Source: Eledone cirrhosa
Taxonomy: Eukaryota
Reading direction: 5' to 3'
Assembly: GCA_964016885.1 (NCBI GenBank)
Contig: OZ024751.1
Location: forward strand, 26,288,001-26,352,000
DNA: 64,000 bases
In this document: positions 14,535 to 28,894 of the stretch, one piece after another
Layout: the number at the start of each line of letters is the position of its first letter
How positions within the stretch are numbered: position 1 is the first letter of the stretch
Notes under the pieces: model-generated
The model's database searches: none
Seen by the model: the letters and a program-made list of their open reading frames with translations, nothing else
Told to the model about the DNA's origin: nothing
Position numbers and translations under genes: made by a program

Positions 14535-15056
14535 CCCTTTAGCATTCACATTACTCTATATATACTATTATATTTTCATGGTAAAGGCTTTACCACACAT
14601 TACTCTATATATACTATTATATTTTCATGGTAAAGGCTTTACCACACATAATTATCACAACTTTGAGATATTGATATTATTTATGTTGAGAATAATACCT
14701 TAAAGTTAGTGTGAGGGGCCAGATACAGCCGGTTTAAAAAGAAAGAGGTGAGAGAATTCTGGCCAGATACAGCCAGTTTGAACAGAAAGAGGTGAGAGAA
14801 TTCTGACCAGATACAGCCAGTTTGAACAGAAAGAGGTGAGAGAATTCTGACCAGATACAGCCAGTTTGAACAGAAAGAGGTGAGAGAATTCTGACCAGAT
14901 ACAGCCAGTTTGAACAGAAAGAGGTGAGAGAATTCTGGCCAGATACAGCCGGTTTGAACAGAAAGAGGTGAGAGAATTCTGGCCAGATACAGCCGGTTTG
15001 AACAGAAAGAGGTGAGAGAATTCTGGCCAGATACAGCCAGTTTAAATGCTAAAAGG
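14535..15056 (+). mobile_element. piggyBac-like MITE with internal 45-bp tandem array
   Basis: TIRs ccctttagcatt / aatgctaaaagg, TCAA/TTAA flanks; about 7 units of ccagatacagccagtttgaacagaaagaggtgagagaattctg. Confidence 0.75.
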
Positions 15057-15616
15057 TTAAACTTGATTCATCATCTCATTATCATCATTGTTTTTACGTC
15101 TGCTTTTCCATGCTTGCATGGATTATAGAATGAATACAGAGCCCCCCCTCCCCCGTCGCCACCATGGTGTGATTGTTTCACTGAAAACTATAAGGAACAT
15201 AAATGACCCCCAACCCAAACACCACTTCACCCCCACACACCCTCAAAGAATAAAAAAAAATCTAAAAATGGTAACTGTTCTTCCGGTGGTACTAAATCTA
15301 TGCCCACAGGATAGAACTTTGAAAAAGGAAATTACAGCAATGGTTGCTAACCAATGGTAACTAATGTTTGCCAGACATCAGCAGTCTCTACCACCTCACA
15401 GTCCTCTTCTCCCCACTCCACCACCTCACACTTCTCTTTAACCCACCTCCTCCTGCTCCTCCTCTCACCCTACTTTTTATTCCTTGTTACAAAAATGGTT
15501 TATTTCTCTCTTGTGGTACTGTATAACTAACTTCCTGCTAGATGCAGATATATATATATATATACACACACATACATATCTGTCTCTCTCTCTCTATATA
15601 TATACATACACACACA

Positions 15617-15656
<40 letters not shown>

Positions 15657-15790
15657 GAGAGAGAGAGAGATATGTATGTATGTATGTGTATGTATCTATA
15701 TATATATAGAGAGAGATATGTATGTGTGTGTATGTATGTATATATATATCTGTATCTATATATATAGAGAGAGAGATATGCATGTGTGTG

Positions 15791-15850
<60 letters not shown>

Positions 15851-16196
15851 GCTATACATACTCACATATCTATATATACAAACATTCATATTTTTAACGC
15901 ATGCCATTATGGAATAACGGATGTTTAAAAAATGGCATGTATATGTAAGTAGTGTGTGTGAGTGTGTATATACGTATATATGTGTGTGTGTATATACGTG
16001 TGTATATATACGTATATATATATATGTGTGTGTGTATACGTATATATATATATGTGTGTGTGTGTATACATATATATATGTGTGTGTGTGTATACGTATA
16101 TATATGTGTGTGTGTATATACGTGTGTATATATATGTGTGTGTGTGTGTATACGTGTGTATATATATATGTGTGTGTGTGTGTGTGTATACGTGTG

Positions 16197-16244
<48 letters not shown>

Positions 16245-16381
16245 GCATCTGTCATTTATCAGCATAACCCAGTTCTAACAGGTTTTACAAAACAGATTCT
16301 ATGAAAAGTGGGGTACCAGAGTATTACATATGGTGGTGGCAGTGGTGATGAGGGGAATCTGATGTTTATCACAAGCAGATG

Positions 16382-16435
<54 letters not shown>

Positions 16436-16593
16436 GGTGATGTCCTCACTGTGAAGGAGTGGGCGGGCCACATAGAGGACTTCTGCAGTCACTATTTCAT
16501 GAACAATTTACCCCTACACACCGTCTCTTGCTAAAGTTTTTCAGACTGTGGGTTTGTTTGTTTTAAATACTCATTTATAATATAGGCCCAGGC

Positions 16594-16970
16594 ATGGCTG
16601 TGTTGTTAGGATGGTTGTTATGGCTGTGTTGTTAGGATGGTTGTTATGGCTGTGTTGTTAGGATGGTTGTTATGGCTGTGTTGTTAAGATGGTTGTTATG
16701 GCTGTGTTGTTAAGATGGTTGTTATGGCTGTGTTGTTAGGATGGTTGTTATGGCTGTGTTGTCAGGATGGTTGTTATGGCTGTGTTGTTAGGATGGTTGT
16801 TATGGCTGTGTTGTTAGGATGGTTGTTATGGCTGTGTTGTTAGGATGGTTGTTATGGCTGTGTTGTTAGGATGGTTGTTATGGCTGTGTTGTTAGGATGG
16901 TTGTTATGGCTGTGTTGTTAGGATGGTTGTTATGGCTGTGTTGTTATGACTGTGTTGTTAGGATGGTTGT
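16594..16970. repeat. 26-bp minisatellite at a SINE head
   Basis: atggctgtgttgttaggatggttgtt x ~14, followed by a decayed SINE body. Confidence 0.9.
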
Positions 16971-17096
16971 TCTGCAATCTTGCAGCTTTAAATTCAATTC
17001 CATTGCATGGTACCTGACAAGTATCTTTTACTACAACCATAGTTTGACCAAATACCTTGGGTGGAATTTGGTAGACTGATATTGTGTCAAAGCCTG

Positions 17097-17157
<61 letters not shown>

Positions 17158-17844
17158 ATAAGCAACACAATATAATTATTTCATTACCAAAGGTTTCAAG
17201 AAGCTAGATGATTCTTGCAATGTACCATATATATTTTGAACTAAGGTTCTGTAGGTCTAGACAAATTTTACAAATAAAGCCAGCTAGCAAGAAAGCCAGT
17301 GGTTGGTAACAAGCAAAATGGTTGGATAACATCCATGAGCTTGGCTGGTTTTGCTTGAAGATCCAGTTGGATCAATTGAAGATTCTGATAGGACCCCACT
17401 GGAAGATGTGTTTAAGGACTCTCTCGCCACCTCCAGGAAGATGTGTTTAAGAACTCTGTCTTCCCCCCACCAGGAAGATGTGTTTAACCCTTTAGCCATA
17501 TCTGGCCAGAATTCTCTCACTTCTTTCTGTTCAAACCAGCCATAACCAGGTGCTCATACTTATGTTAAGGCATTGTTCTCAAAATAATTATCAAAATCTC
17601 GTAGATTCGATATTATGTGAGATAATTATGTAAGATAAAGCTATTACCACAAAAATCTAATAGTATATATAGAGTAATGTAAATGGTAAAGGGTTGAGGA
17701 CTTTGTCTCTTCTACCACCACCAGGAATAAGAGAACGAAGAAGATACAATTTCATCAGATAACTCTCATCTATGTAATGTAATTTGGTGATAAATCAACC
17801 AGGAAGTATTTGGTGTTGATTCTCCATTACCTGGTCTCTCTCAT

Positions 17845-17903
<59 letters not shown>

Positions 17904-18058
17904 CTCTGTTCTGTTATTCCTGGTGGAATATATATGTATATGTGTGTGTCTAAATATATATATATTTATATTTAAAAGGTAAACAGATATAACAACACAA
18001 TCGATACAGTATATGGAAGGTATATAATAGGTTAACGCTTGATATAATAGGAAGAGGG

Positions 18059-18094
18059 TCTTAACGTTTCGGATGCTAGTCCTTCATCAGAAGA
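18059..18094 (-). ncRNA. Minimal hammerhead motif (family 2)
   Basis: TCTT-CTGATGA-AGGACTAGCATCC-GAAACGTT-AAGA; the element 17975-18110 ends at a TA-rich tract. Confidence 0.65.
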
Positions 18095-18269
18095 AAGACT
18101 GGGAAATAAGATAGATTGAGGAGATACATAGGTATGTGTGCAGTGTCCACCTTGGCTAGTGTTGCTCAATGACCGAAAGAATTCAAATAATCGATTAATC
18201 AGAGCTATTTATCAAATTATAAATGCAAAGAAATAATAGACAAAAATATATCCATTTTTTCTTCAAAGT

Positions 18270-18770
18270 CCATCAAACATTTTAGCTATTAGATTGTAAA
18301 ACTATTGGAATTTTTCATCAAACATTTTAGCTATTATATTGTAAAACTATTGGAATTTTTCATCAAACATTTTAGCTGTAAAACTATTGGAATTTTCCAT
18401 CAAACATTTTAGCTATTAGATTGTAAAACTATTGGAATTTTTCATCAAACATTTTAGCTGTAAAACTATTGGAATTTTCCATCAAACATTTTAGCTATTA
18501 GATTGTAAAACTATTGGAACTTTTCATCAAACATTTAAGCTGAATAATTCAGAATTTTCCATCAAACTATTTAACTGTTAGATTGTAAAACTGTTGGAAT
18601 TTTTCATCAAACAATTTAGCTGTAAAACTATCGGAATTTTCCATCAAACTGTTAGATTATAAAACTACAGGAATTTCATGTTACATGTTAACTGTAAGAC
18701 TATAGGAATTTCCCATTACACATGTTAGCTGTTAGAGTGTAAGAGCTTTGGAATTTCTGTCATCAAACAA
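18270..18770. repeat. Degenerating 34/45-bp minisatellite
   Basis: catcaaacattttagct(attagatt)gtaaaactattggaattttt units. Confidence 0.9.
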
Positions 18771-20324
18771 GTTGGAATTGGCCCTTTATTCCATGCCTCT
18801 TCCCCTCCTTTCATCTCCTTTCTTTCACCAACCCCATCTTCAGCATCTCTTCCATCCCATCTACCACTATTATCAAGCTAATCTAAATTCTTCTCTATTC
18901 TATTCAGTGTAATATTTCTCCTCTCTGTCTCTTTGTCCTTTCTTTAGAACTCTTCCCTGCCATTACAAGCATTATAGCCCCCACCACCATTACCACCACA
19001 CCACGACCAGCACCACCATTACCATCTCACCACCACCACGACCAGCACCAGCACCATCGAGGCAACCTCACCACCACCACCACCACCACGACCAGCACCA
19101 CCACAACCACTATCACTACCTCCATCAAAGCAACCACTCCACCACCATCAACACAACCCCACCACCACCACTACCACTGTACTTAAATGAATGACATTTT
19201 TAAATGCGGCTCCTTCCTCCCTCCCTCTCCCCCTCTCTCCATCCTCCTCCTTCCTCCCTCTCCATCTCTCTCCTTCCTCCTTCCTCCCTCTCCATCTCTC
19301 TCCTTCCTCCCCTTCCTTGACTCCTACTCAACCCCACTCTTGTATCAACACCAATTTTCTAGACCCCCCCCCCTGATACTTAGGTCTTGTCTTTCCTCTC
19401 CCTCCTCCTCTCCTCACACTATTTCTCTCCCTCCTCCTCTCACACTATTTCTCTCCTCTCCTCCCTCTCTCCATCTCCCAGTATTTCTGTCTCTTACTAA
19501 TCCACTTGGAATGTCATCTGTGTACATGTGGCATTAGGTCATACAAGTGGTGGTGGTGGTATGATGGTGGTGTGATGGTGTGGTGGTGGTGGTGTTGATG
19601 TGATGGTGGTGGTGTTGGTGCTTGTGACATATGTAGAGGGGGTGTTCACCACCACCAATACTACCACCACCACCACCACCACCAATACTACCCAATGTCT
19701 TATACATTCTCTACTGGACTGAATCATCCAGACATTAAGACCTCCCTCTCTCTCTCCCTCTCTCTCCCCCCATCTCTCTCTCCCCCCATCTCTCTCTCCC
19801 CCTCTCTCTCTTCTGACATTCCAGTGAAACTTAATTCATTATAAAACAGACTCATGCATATATGTCTTTTTGCGTATATATATATATATATATATATAAT
19901 ACACATACACACATTCATGCATGAATGCACATACACACACATGTATATATAATTGTTTCTACGTTAGGCACAAGGCCAGCAAATACCCAGTGCATTACTG
20001 GTACTTTATTTTATCGACCCTGTATGCACATACATAACACACACACACACACGCACACGCACACACACGTGTAGATAGATAGATAGATATAATACACATG
20101 CTAGTTATCAGAGATGATGAAAAAGAAGACACAGACTCTTATAAGAAAAAATACATGGAAATGTTACTATGAAATGGTGGGGTGGGGGGTACCTCTACTG
20201 GAGCCAACAGAGGCACCATTGAAGTTTATAGTTGTACATTTGAAAGCATGATTGAGGATATGAAGGAAGGGAGTGGAACTATCAGGTATAGCCACTGAAA
20301 TGTTTAAAACATCTGTTAAATTAA

Positions 20325-20650
20325 CCCTTTAGCATTTACATTACTCTATGTGTACTATTGTATTTTCATGGAAAACACTTTAAATCTCACATCATTATTG
20401 TTTCTACTTTTGGCACAAGGCCAGCAAAATTACCCAGTGTATTACTGGTACTTTATTTTATCGACCCCGTAAGAGTGAAAGGCAAACAAATCTAACATAA
20501 TTATCTCACATAATCTCGAGTCTACGAGATTTTGATGTTATTGTTTATTTTAAGAAGGATATCTCAACATAAGTATGAGTTGCTGGTTACGGCCGGTTTC
20601 AAAAGGGGGAACAATTCTGGCCCGATACATCCTGTTTAAATGCTAAACGG
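20325..20650 (+). mobile_element. piggyBac-like MITE with nested SINE fragment
   Basis: TTAA on both sides; same TIRs as 45003-45223; SINE 3' piece at about 20395-20490. Confidence 0.75.
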
Positions 20651-20857
20651 TTAAGGCTGAATCTAGAAGGAAATGGCCCTTATCTTCTGATGAAGTTGTG
20701 GGGGCTTTCTGTCTTGACACAGTGTCTATTGGACATGTTATACGTGGTCTTATCTCTCTCCAGGTCTGAACATAGACAATTTCTTTCTGAGTGTGAGAGA
20801 AAATTATAAAGAATCAACCCCAGTATTGGACTGGTACTTTATTATTTATCAACCTTG

Positions 20858-21048
20858 GGCGGTGGATTGGCAGTATCGGTAGAGGGTCGGACGCCATGCT
20901 TTCCAGCATAGTTACGTCCCTTTACGATCTGAGTTCAAATCCCGCCGAGGTTGACTTTGCCTTTCATCCTTACGGGGTCGATAAAATAAAGTACCAGTAA
21001 TGCACTGGGTAATTGCTGACCTTGTGCCTAAAAGTAGAAACAATTATT
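20858..21048 (+). mobile_element. tRNA-derived SINE with Nin/Deu-like central domain (representative copy)
   Basis: gagttcaaatccc B box, then gcctttcatccttacggggtcgataaaataaagtaccag. Other copies near 8690, 28497, 28660, 32340, 33322(-), 43515(-), 54860, 58245, 59885 and 62360(-). Confidence 0.85.
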
Positions 21049-21465
21049 TATCAACCTTGGAAGGATGAAAGGCAAAGTTGACCTGGGTAAGATTTGAACC
21101 CAGAGTTTGGGGGTTTGGTATGAAAGGGCTAAAGACAGACTCCCTAACTCTGCTGAAAGAGCTAAGTTAGAAAGTGGGAGAGTTTAATATATTCATAGAA
21201 ATAACTCTGGACTTGTTAATTTACAAATGTTTTGTTAAATATTCATCACACTACTATCACCACTACTATTACCACCATCACTACCACCACCACCACCACC
21301 ACCACCACCACCACCACCACTACCACCACCACCTACCTTATCTAATCATCAAACCTCAATGGTTGTAAATATATGCATTTAGGCCACAGGATCCACCACC
21401 ACCCCTACCAATACTACTACTGCTACCAGCATCACCACTACTACTACTACTACTACTACTACCAG

Positions 21466-21501
<36 letters not shown>

Positions 21502-21532
21502 CAGCATCACTACCACTACTACTACTACTACT

Positions 21533-21578
<46 letters not shown>

Positions 21579-22045
21579 GCACCACTACTACTACTACTAC
21601 TACCACCTCCACCACCACTACTACTACCACCTCCACCACCACCACCACTACTACTACTGCTGCTGCTGCTACATTTTAAAAAGGCCTTGATAGAACTTAT
21701 TCCTGTTTGATACAGTGACTGTGTGTGTGTGTGTGTGTCACATTGCAAGAGAGTGTGTGTCACATTGCAAGAGAGTGTGTGTCACATTACAAGTGTGTGT
21801 GTGTCACATTTCAAGAGTGTGTGTGTCACATTTCAAGAGTGTGTGTGTCACATTGCAAGAGTGTGTGTGTGTGTCACATTGCAAGAGAGTGTGTGTGTGT
21901 CACATTGCAAGAGTGTGTGTGTGTCACATTGCAAGAGAGTTGTCAGCTTATAATGGCAACAGAAATGGACCTGTTATTTTTCTCTAAAGTATTTGTTCTG
22001 ATTCTGCCCCACCCGTCCCTTCAATCTTTCAAATTTCTCATTCTA

Positions 22046-22080
22046 TCTTCTGATGAAGGACTAGCGTCCGAAACTTAAGA
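22046..22080 (+). ncRNA. Minimal hammerhead motif (family 2)
   Basis: TCTT-CTGATGA-A-GGAC-TAGC-GTCC-GAAACTT-AAGA; element 21960-22170 with 3' end at a TA tract. Confidence 0.6.
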
Positions 22081-22246
22081 CTCTCTTCCTGCTATTTCAA
22101 GCGTTAGACTAATATATTCCTTCCATATACTGAACCGTTTGTGTTGTTATTTCTGTTTACATTTTACATACATATATATAAATATAATTTGTCAGCTTGT
22201 GTGTGTGTATGTGTATATATATATGTGTATATATAATTTGTCAGCT

Positions 22247-22277
<31 letters not shown>

Positions 22278-22573
22278 GTATATATAATTTGTCAGCTTGT
22301 GTGTGTGTGTATATATATATATATATGTATATATACACGCACACACACAAGCTGACAAATTACTGAGTAAAAATTGACTTTGACACAGAATCAATTGCAC
22401 TACTACTACCACCACTAATACTACTACTTTTGTTAGTCTATTACTAAGATAGTATTTAGGCCAGGAATTTCAATAGTCAATTAAGAAAACTGTATCCTTC
22501 AGTTTATTACAGGTGTGAAATAACTCTATAATCTCTGCACGAGAAGAACTTTACTTCACTTCATTTAAGCAAC

Positions 22574-22604
<31 letters not shown>

Positions 22605-22645
22605 TTATTTAAAACAACACAATCCAGTATTTATGCTGCACCCTG

Positions 22646-22677
<32 letters not shown>

Positions 22678-22778
22678 GGGTGCGGCATAAAAATATTTGC
22701 TCTACGGTTCTTATATATTTGATATATATTTATCCTTATCGAGCCCTCTTTGGATTTTAGTCTTCAAATTTATTATTA

Positions 22779-23184
<406 letters not shown>

Positions 23185-23762
23185 ATGTAGGCAGAGTTAT
23201 TAGAAATTCAGATAGAATATTTGACAGTATTTGTTTCAGCTCTCTCAGTTCAAATCCTGCCAAGATCGACTTTGCCTTTCATCCTTTCAAGGGCAATAAA
23301 ACCAAAAGTACCAGTTTAGTACTGGGGTCGATTCTCCCATTATCTTTCTCATATATCTTCTCTGAAACAACTGTACTATGTTTATCTGGAACAACTGTAC
23401 TGTCCTTCCCTGGAACAATTGACACGTCAGTATGTAGGGTACAGTACTCTACAAAGTACACAAGTAAGTCTGTTTACTCTGGAGTATATTTATAAATATG
23501 AAGTACAAGTCAAGAAGTTATAATTCACTTCGTTAAGTCATAGTTGCTGTTATATATATTTCAGTCTATACACACACATGCTATGGATATTGGTTGATGT
23601 GAGGTCATGGTAGAAAAACATTTAACCAAGGTATTGAGGAGTGAAATCAACCACACTCTGTGGTACCTTGGGCAAATGTTGTCTGCTGTAGCCCCAGACG
23701 AATCAAATCCTTGTGGTTGGAACTGTGTGTAGCCTCTCATATACATACATACCATATATATA

Positions 23763-24481
23763 CTTGGCGTGGCAATAAAGTCTTAAGAATAACCCTTTAA
23801 ATGAAAATGCACAACATTTATTTATTCTGCTAAACCAAAATATATTTATTCTGCTAAACATAATCTCCGTTGAATGCAAGAATGCAATAACATCTTTACA
23901 GTGCTTATGCAAAGCATTTAACTCCTTATGGAACCATTTTTTCGACAATTGTCGAAATCAGTGCAACGATTCGTCCACACCTGCTAATGAAACAAAAACA
24001 AATGTTCTTTGTTTGTTCCAGTAATATATGCAATGGAACGCAATGATTGTTTTGAATGAGTTGAACGTTGGCATGAATAGCGGTTGTGCAAGGATGGCCA
24101 GAAGGAGGAGCATCAATAAGTGATGATCTACTGCCATCTTTGAATTGTTTCATCCAATGATAAATGGTAGAATTTGCAGGAACGTTGTTAATTCCACTCT
24201 CCTTCAATTGTGTAATAATATTTGTTGCTGATTTGCCTCGTTTCCATTCAATAAAAACATATGCTCTAAACTTTTCTTGACTTAAATCCATTCGATGCAT
24301 GTATCATAAACTCACAAGAATGATATCGAAATAATTATGTATAGGCCTGTGACAAAATACAGCATACATGCACAATATCTCACGTGTACAACAAAGTTTA
24401 AATTCCAACTAATATTAACTACATCTACTGCTATATATGACGCACAGCCTACTATTGTAAAGACTTTATTGCCACGCCAAG
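23763..24481 (-). mobile_element. Internally deleted mariner transposon
   Basis: TIRs cttggcgtggcaataaagtctt / aagactttattgccacgccaag. ORF 23926-24300 has a mariner N-terminal HTH (IYHWMKQFKDGSRSSLIDAPPSGHP); no catalytic DD34D region seen. Confidence 0.85.
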
Positions 24482-24577
24482 AGATGTCACCATGAATGGA
24501 CCTGTTATCTTTATATAAAGACATTTTTTCCAATTCCACCCCGCCCGTCCCCTCAATCTATCTTATTTCTCATTCTT

Positions 24578-24613
24578 TCTTCTGATGAAGAACTAGCGTC
24601 CGAAACATTAAGA
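24578..24613 (+). ncRNA. Degenerate hammerhead motif (family 2)
   Basis: TCTT-CTGATGA-AGAACTAGCGTCC-GAAACATT-AAGA; element 24495-24705. Confidence 0.5.
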
Positions 24614-25236
24614 CCCTCTTCCTGCTATATCAAGCGTTAACCTAATATATCCCTTCTATATACTGTACCGATTGTGTTGTTATTTCTATTTACCTTTTAC
24701 ATACATATATATATATATACATATATATATACATACACACACACATTCACACACATACCTTATGTAGTCATAGATAAGTCACAATTTTTCCCCCCAAAAT
24801 GTGATTTATCAGTCATACATTGCTCTGGGCTTGAAATATAAAATATTGAAGCCAAAATATTATTTCCAGCTGAGTGGATGTGTAGACAGTGTGAAATAAC
24901 ATGCCATTTTGTCTGGGACTTGAACTCATCATCTTCCAATCATAAACCCAAGACTATACTTACTATGTTGTGCACCTTCACCACCCCACTCACACACATA
25001 CTTCTATGTCCTTATTATTAGCACTACTACTACTACTACTACTACTTATGTTCCACTATTTACCATTTTTAGTTACCTCTAAAGTAAAGAAAGGTTCTAG
25101 AGTGTCGGTTGCTTATATTTTATACATCTGTGTAAACACACACACACACACACACATACGCATATATGCATATGCATGCATACCTCAACGTATATATATA
25201 TAGAGAGAGATAGATACACACATGCATACTTCTACA

Positions 25237-25305
<69 letters not shown>

Positions 25306-25941
25306 GCCATAGATGTGGTCATGTGGTTAAGAAGTTCACTTCAGAATCACGTGGTTTCAAATGAACATTTCACCCCCTCCCCATCGTAGGTGCCCCCCTC
25401 CCATAAATAAAATATCAGACAGTGTTACAGTGCAATAAAACCATGTTTAATACAAGGTATGGGGTGGCATCTGGAAGAGAATCTAACTGTAGGAACACAT
25501 ACCAGATAAGACATTTAATCCAAACCATACATGCAGTGAAAAACAGATTTAAGAGCAATGTATGATGATGATATAACTACAGCCATCACTCGCAATCGAT
25601 GATGACTTGGTAAAGTGTACCATTGTTTTGTTACTGGTTTTATATGCAATTTGTGCACATGTTATCTGTTACCCCAGCCCCTTGATTTAGGAACCTCCAT
25701 AATGTGTGAGATAGAGGAGGGAAGGACAGAACCCTCATTGACAGGGTTGCTGGTGGAACCTCCATGATGTGACAGAGAGAGGGAGAGGCTGATGTTTTCT
25801 TTATCAACCTTGAAAGTAAGAAAAGCAAAGATGATCTCAGCAAGATTTGAATATTTGAATAATGCAGAGCACAAAAACAGGTCTCGTGTTCTAACAACCC
25901 TGCTACATCCACCTCGGTTAGATGTGTGTGCATATATATAT

Positions 25942-26270
25942 ATGGCTTAGTGGTTAGAGCATTGGCCTTGCAATCGAAAGGTTGTGAGTTCAATTCTCAG
26001 ACCGGGTGATGTGTTGTTTCCTTGAGCAAGACACTTTATTTCACATTGCTCCAGTTTACTCAGCTGTAGAAATGAGATAAGGACTGGGGTTCCTATCATT
26101 CCACTGCAAAGTGGTCGTGGAGGTGCCACGGCAAAAAAAGCACCCAGCACTCACTGTAAATGAGGTTGGTGTTAGGAAGGGCATCCAGCTGTAGAAATCA
26201 AGCCAGAATCAGTTCCCGTCCCACCCTTGCAAGCAGGGAAAAGAGGGCGTAAAATGAAATGATGATGATG
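25942..26270 (+). mobile_element. tRNA-derived SINE with RTE-like tail
   Basis: A/B boxes, ccttgagcaagacacttt core, gttggtgttaggaagggcatccagc segment, (GAT)n end. Confidence 0.85.
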
Positions 26271-26849
26271 CGTTTGTCTGGGTGAAGGCACATGTGCTAG
26301 TGGTTAGTATGTGTGTGAAGGCACAGGGCCTGTTGGACATATAATCATAAGGTATATCATTGTTCTTGAGCAAGACACTTCATTTCATATGATAGAAATG
26401 GGACCCCTGTCATGAGAACAGCCCAAAAAAGCACTTATGAGATGCAACCTCATAGTACCAGACACATACTACCAAAACTAGAAACAGACCTCTTCAAAGT
26501 CTTAGGTCCCCTACTAACTGGCTCAGTTGCCCTCTTCCTTCTCAACTTATCTGCTTATACTAACTCTACTCAGCTCATTTGTGACCCCTAAAGGATTAAA
26601 AAGGAAAGGAATACTACAAATCTTAGAAATTGGTTAAACAGGAATGAAGAATGCTTGAAGAGAAACAACTTAATATTTTGTCAAATCATATTTGAAGTGG
26701 CTGTGGGGTGGGGTGCTGGGGTTGTTTCAATTAATTTTTTTAAATTATTATTCAAGGGTGGGTTTAAAATTCCTTCAAGTAGTAAGATCATTATTTATCA
26801 TATATTTTAATATTTTGTAAAAATATTATATATATATATATATATATAG

Positions 26850-27090
26850 TTGAAAATTGCAAACTCGACTGTCACCACATATCATGAACCTGAAGATTGC
26901 GAAAGCATGAAAGTACTTGTTCAATTAACACTTAGAATTTAATATTCTATCATACTATTTCATTATAATACCATTATATATATTTTAAAGGATTGTAAAT
27001 AAAACGAGTAAATCAGACAAAGTTGGAATTCCTCTTATTAATATAATCTTCTATACACAATCATACACACCCGTGTATATTTACCTATCT
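26850..27090 (+). mobile_element. (TA)n-embedded hammerhead-bearing element (family 3)
   Basis: Bounded by TA repeats; second copy at 39800-40043 (-). Confidence 0.75.
26885..26923 (+). ncRNA. Minimal type I hammerhead ribozyme (family 3)
   Basis: TGAAC-CTGAAGA-TTGC-GAAA-GCAT-GAAAGTACTT-GTTCA: perfect 5-bp stem I, complete core, GNRA-capped stem II, palindromic stem III. Confidence 0.8.
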
Positions 27091-27093
27091 ATA

Positions 27094-27130
<37 letters not shown>

Positions 27131-27596
27131 GACAACAGAAGGCCATACTGGAAGATATGCTGTAAATTTTAATTTGGTGAAATCATTTCAATGGTTCAGC
27201 TCCATCATCTAATTATGACGCAAGACAAGACAGTCTCATCAGGTAACCTTTACAAAACAGGGTTAGGTAGAACCCATACTTATTGTAGAAGATAGGAAAA
27301 AGCGAATAGAAAGTTGAAAAATTGAAAAATGAAGAATAACAATTTTACTCTTAAAAACTGTTGTATTGTTTGCATTTTTTTCTTTTAACATTTGCTTTTC
27401 CCCACTTATAGAAGTATCCACCCTCCCCTTCACTGTTTATAGTTTGTCTTTGTAAAGCCCTTAATTTCACATTGTACGAGTATACTCAGCTAAAAATGAG
27501 TACAGGAGTAGCTGGGGGGGGGGGGGTTAAGTCTGCAATGGACTGGCATCCTATACAGGGGGGAATCTTGCATTGTTAATTGCTTAATGCCAAGGA

Positions 27597-28383
27597 AACT
27601 GGGATAAACACCGACCCAATGAGCCCTAGACTTAACTGGGATAAACACCGACCTAATGAGCCCTAGACTTAACTGGGATAAACAGCAACCTAATGAACCC
27701 TAGACTTAACTGGGATAAACACCGACCTAATGAGCCCTAGACTTAACTGGGATAAACACCGACCTAATGAGCCCTAGACTTAACTGGGATAAACACCGAC
27801 CTAATGAACCCCAGACAGACTTAACTGGGATAAACACCGACCTAATGAGCCCTAGACTTAACTGGGATAAACACCGACCTAATGAGCCCTAGACTTAACT
27901 GGGATAAACACCGACCTAATGAACCCTAGACTTAACTGGGATAAACACCGACCTAATGAACCCTAGACTTAACTGGGATAAACACCGACCTAATGAGCCC
28001 TCGACTTAACTGGGATAAACACCGACCTAATGAACCCTAGACTTAACTGGGATAAACAGCAACCTAATGAACCCCAGACAGACTTAACTGGGATAAACAC
28101 CGACCTAATGAACCCCAGGCTTAACTGGGATAAACACCGACCTAATGAGCCCTAGACTTAACTGGGATAAACACCGACCTAATGAACCCTAGGCTTAACT
28201 GGGATAAACACCGACCTAATGAACTCTAGACTTAACTGGGATAAACACCGACCTAATGAACCCTAGGCTTAACTGGGATAAACACCGACCTAATGAACCC
28301 TAGACTTAACTGGGATAAACACCGACCTAATGAGCCCTAGACTTAACTGGGATAAACACCGACCTAATGAACCCCAGGCTTAA
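27597..28383. repeat. 37-bp minisatellite at a SINE 3' end
   Basis: aactgggataaacaccgacctaatgagccctagactt x ~21. Confidence 0.95.
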
Positions 28384-28863
28384 GACAGATTTTAGATTTG
28401 TAATTTCCTGACATTTGTTGTCCTTTTGGTAAATAATTTATTATTAACCTGTCTTTCCAATATCCTCTTCAGTTGACACTCCTATTATTATTAACTGCCG
28501 AGGTTAACTTTGCCTTTCATCCTTACGGGGTCAATCAAATAAAATACCAGTAATGCACTGGGGTCGATTTAATTGACTTCCCCCTCTCCCCAAAACTGCT
28601 GGCCTTTTGCCTATAGTAGAAATCATTATCATTATCACTATTATTATTATTATTATTCGTCGGACACCTTGCTTTGCAGCATAGAGTTACGGCCCTTTAT
28701 GTTCTGAATTCAAATCCCGCCGAGATTAACTTTGCCTTTCATCCTTACGGGGTCAATAAAATAAAGTATCAGTAATGCACTGAGGTCAATTTAATCGACT
28801 TTCTCCCTCCCCTAAAATTGTTGGCCTTGTGCCTAAAGTAGAAACAATTATTATTATTATTAT

Positions 28864-28894
<31 letters not shown>

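Noticed and set aside
20686-20720. CTGATGA motif (also 27235 on minus and 44958)
   Set aside because: No properly placed stem II plus GAAA; at best decayed, so not called a ribozyme.
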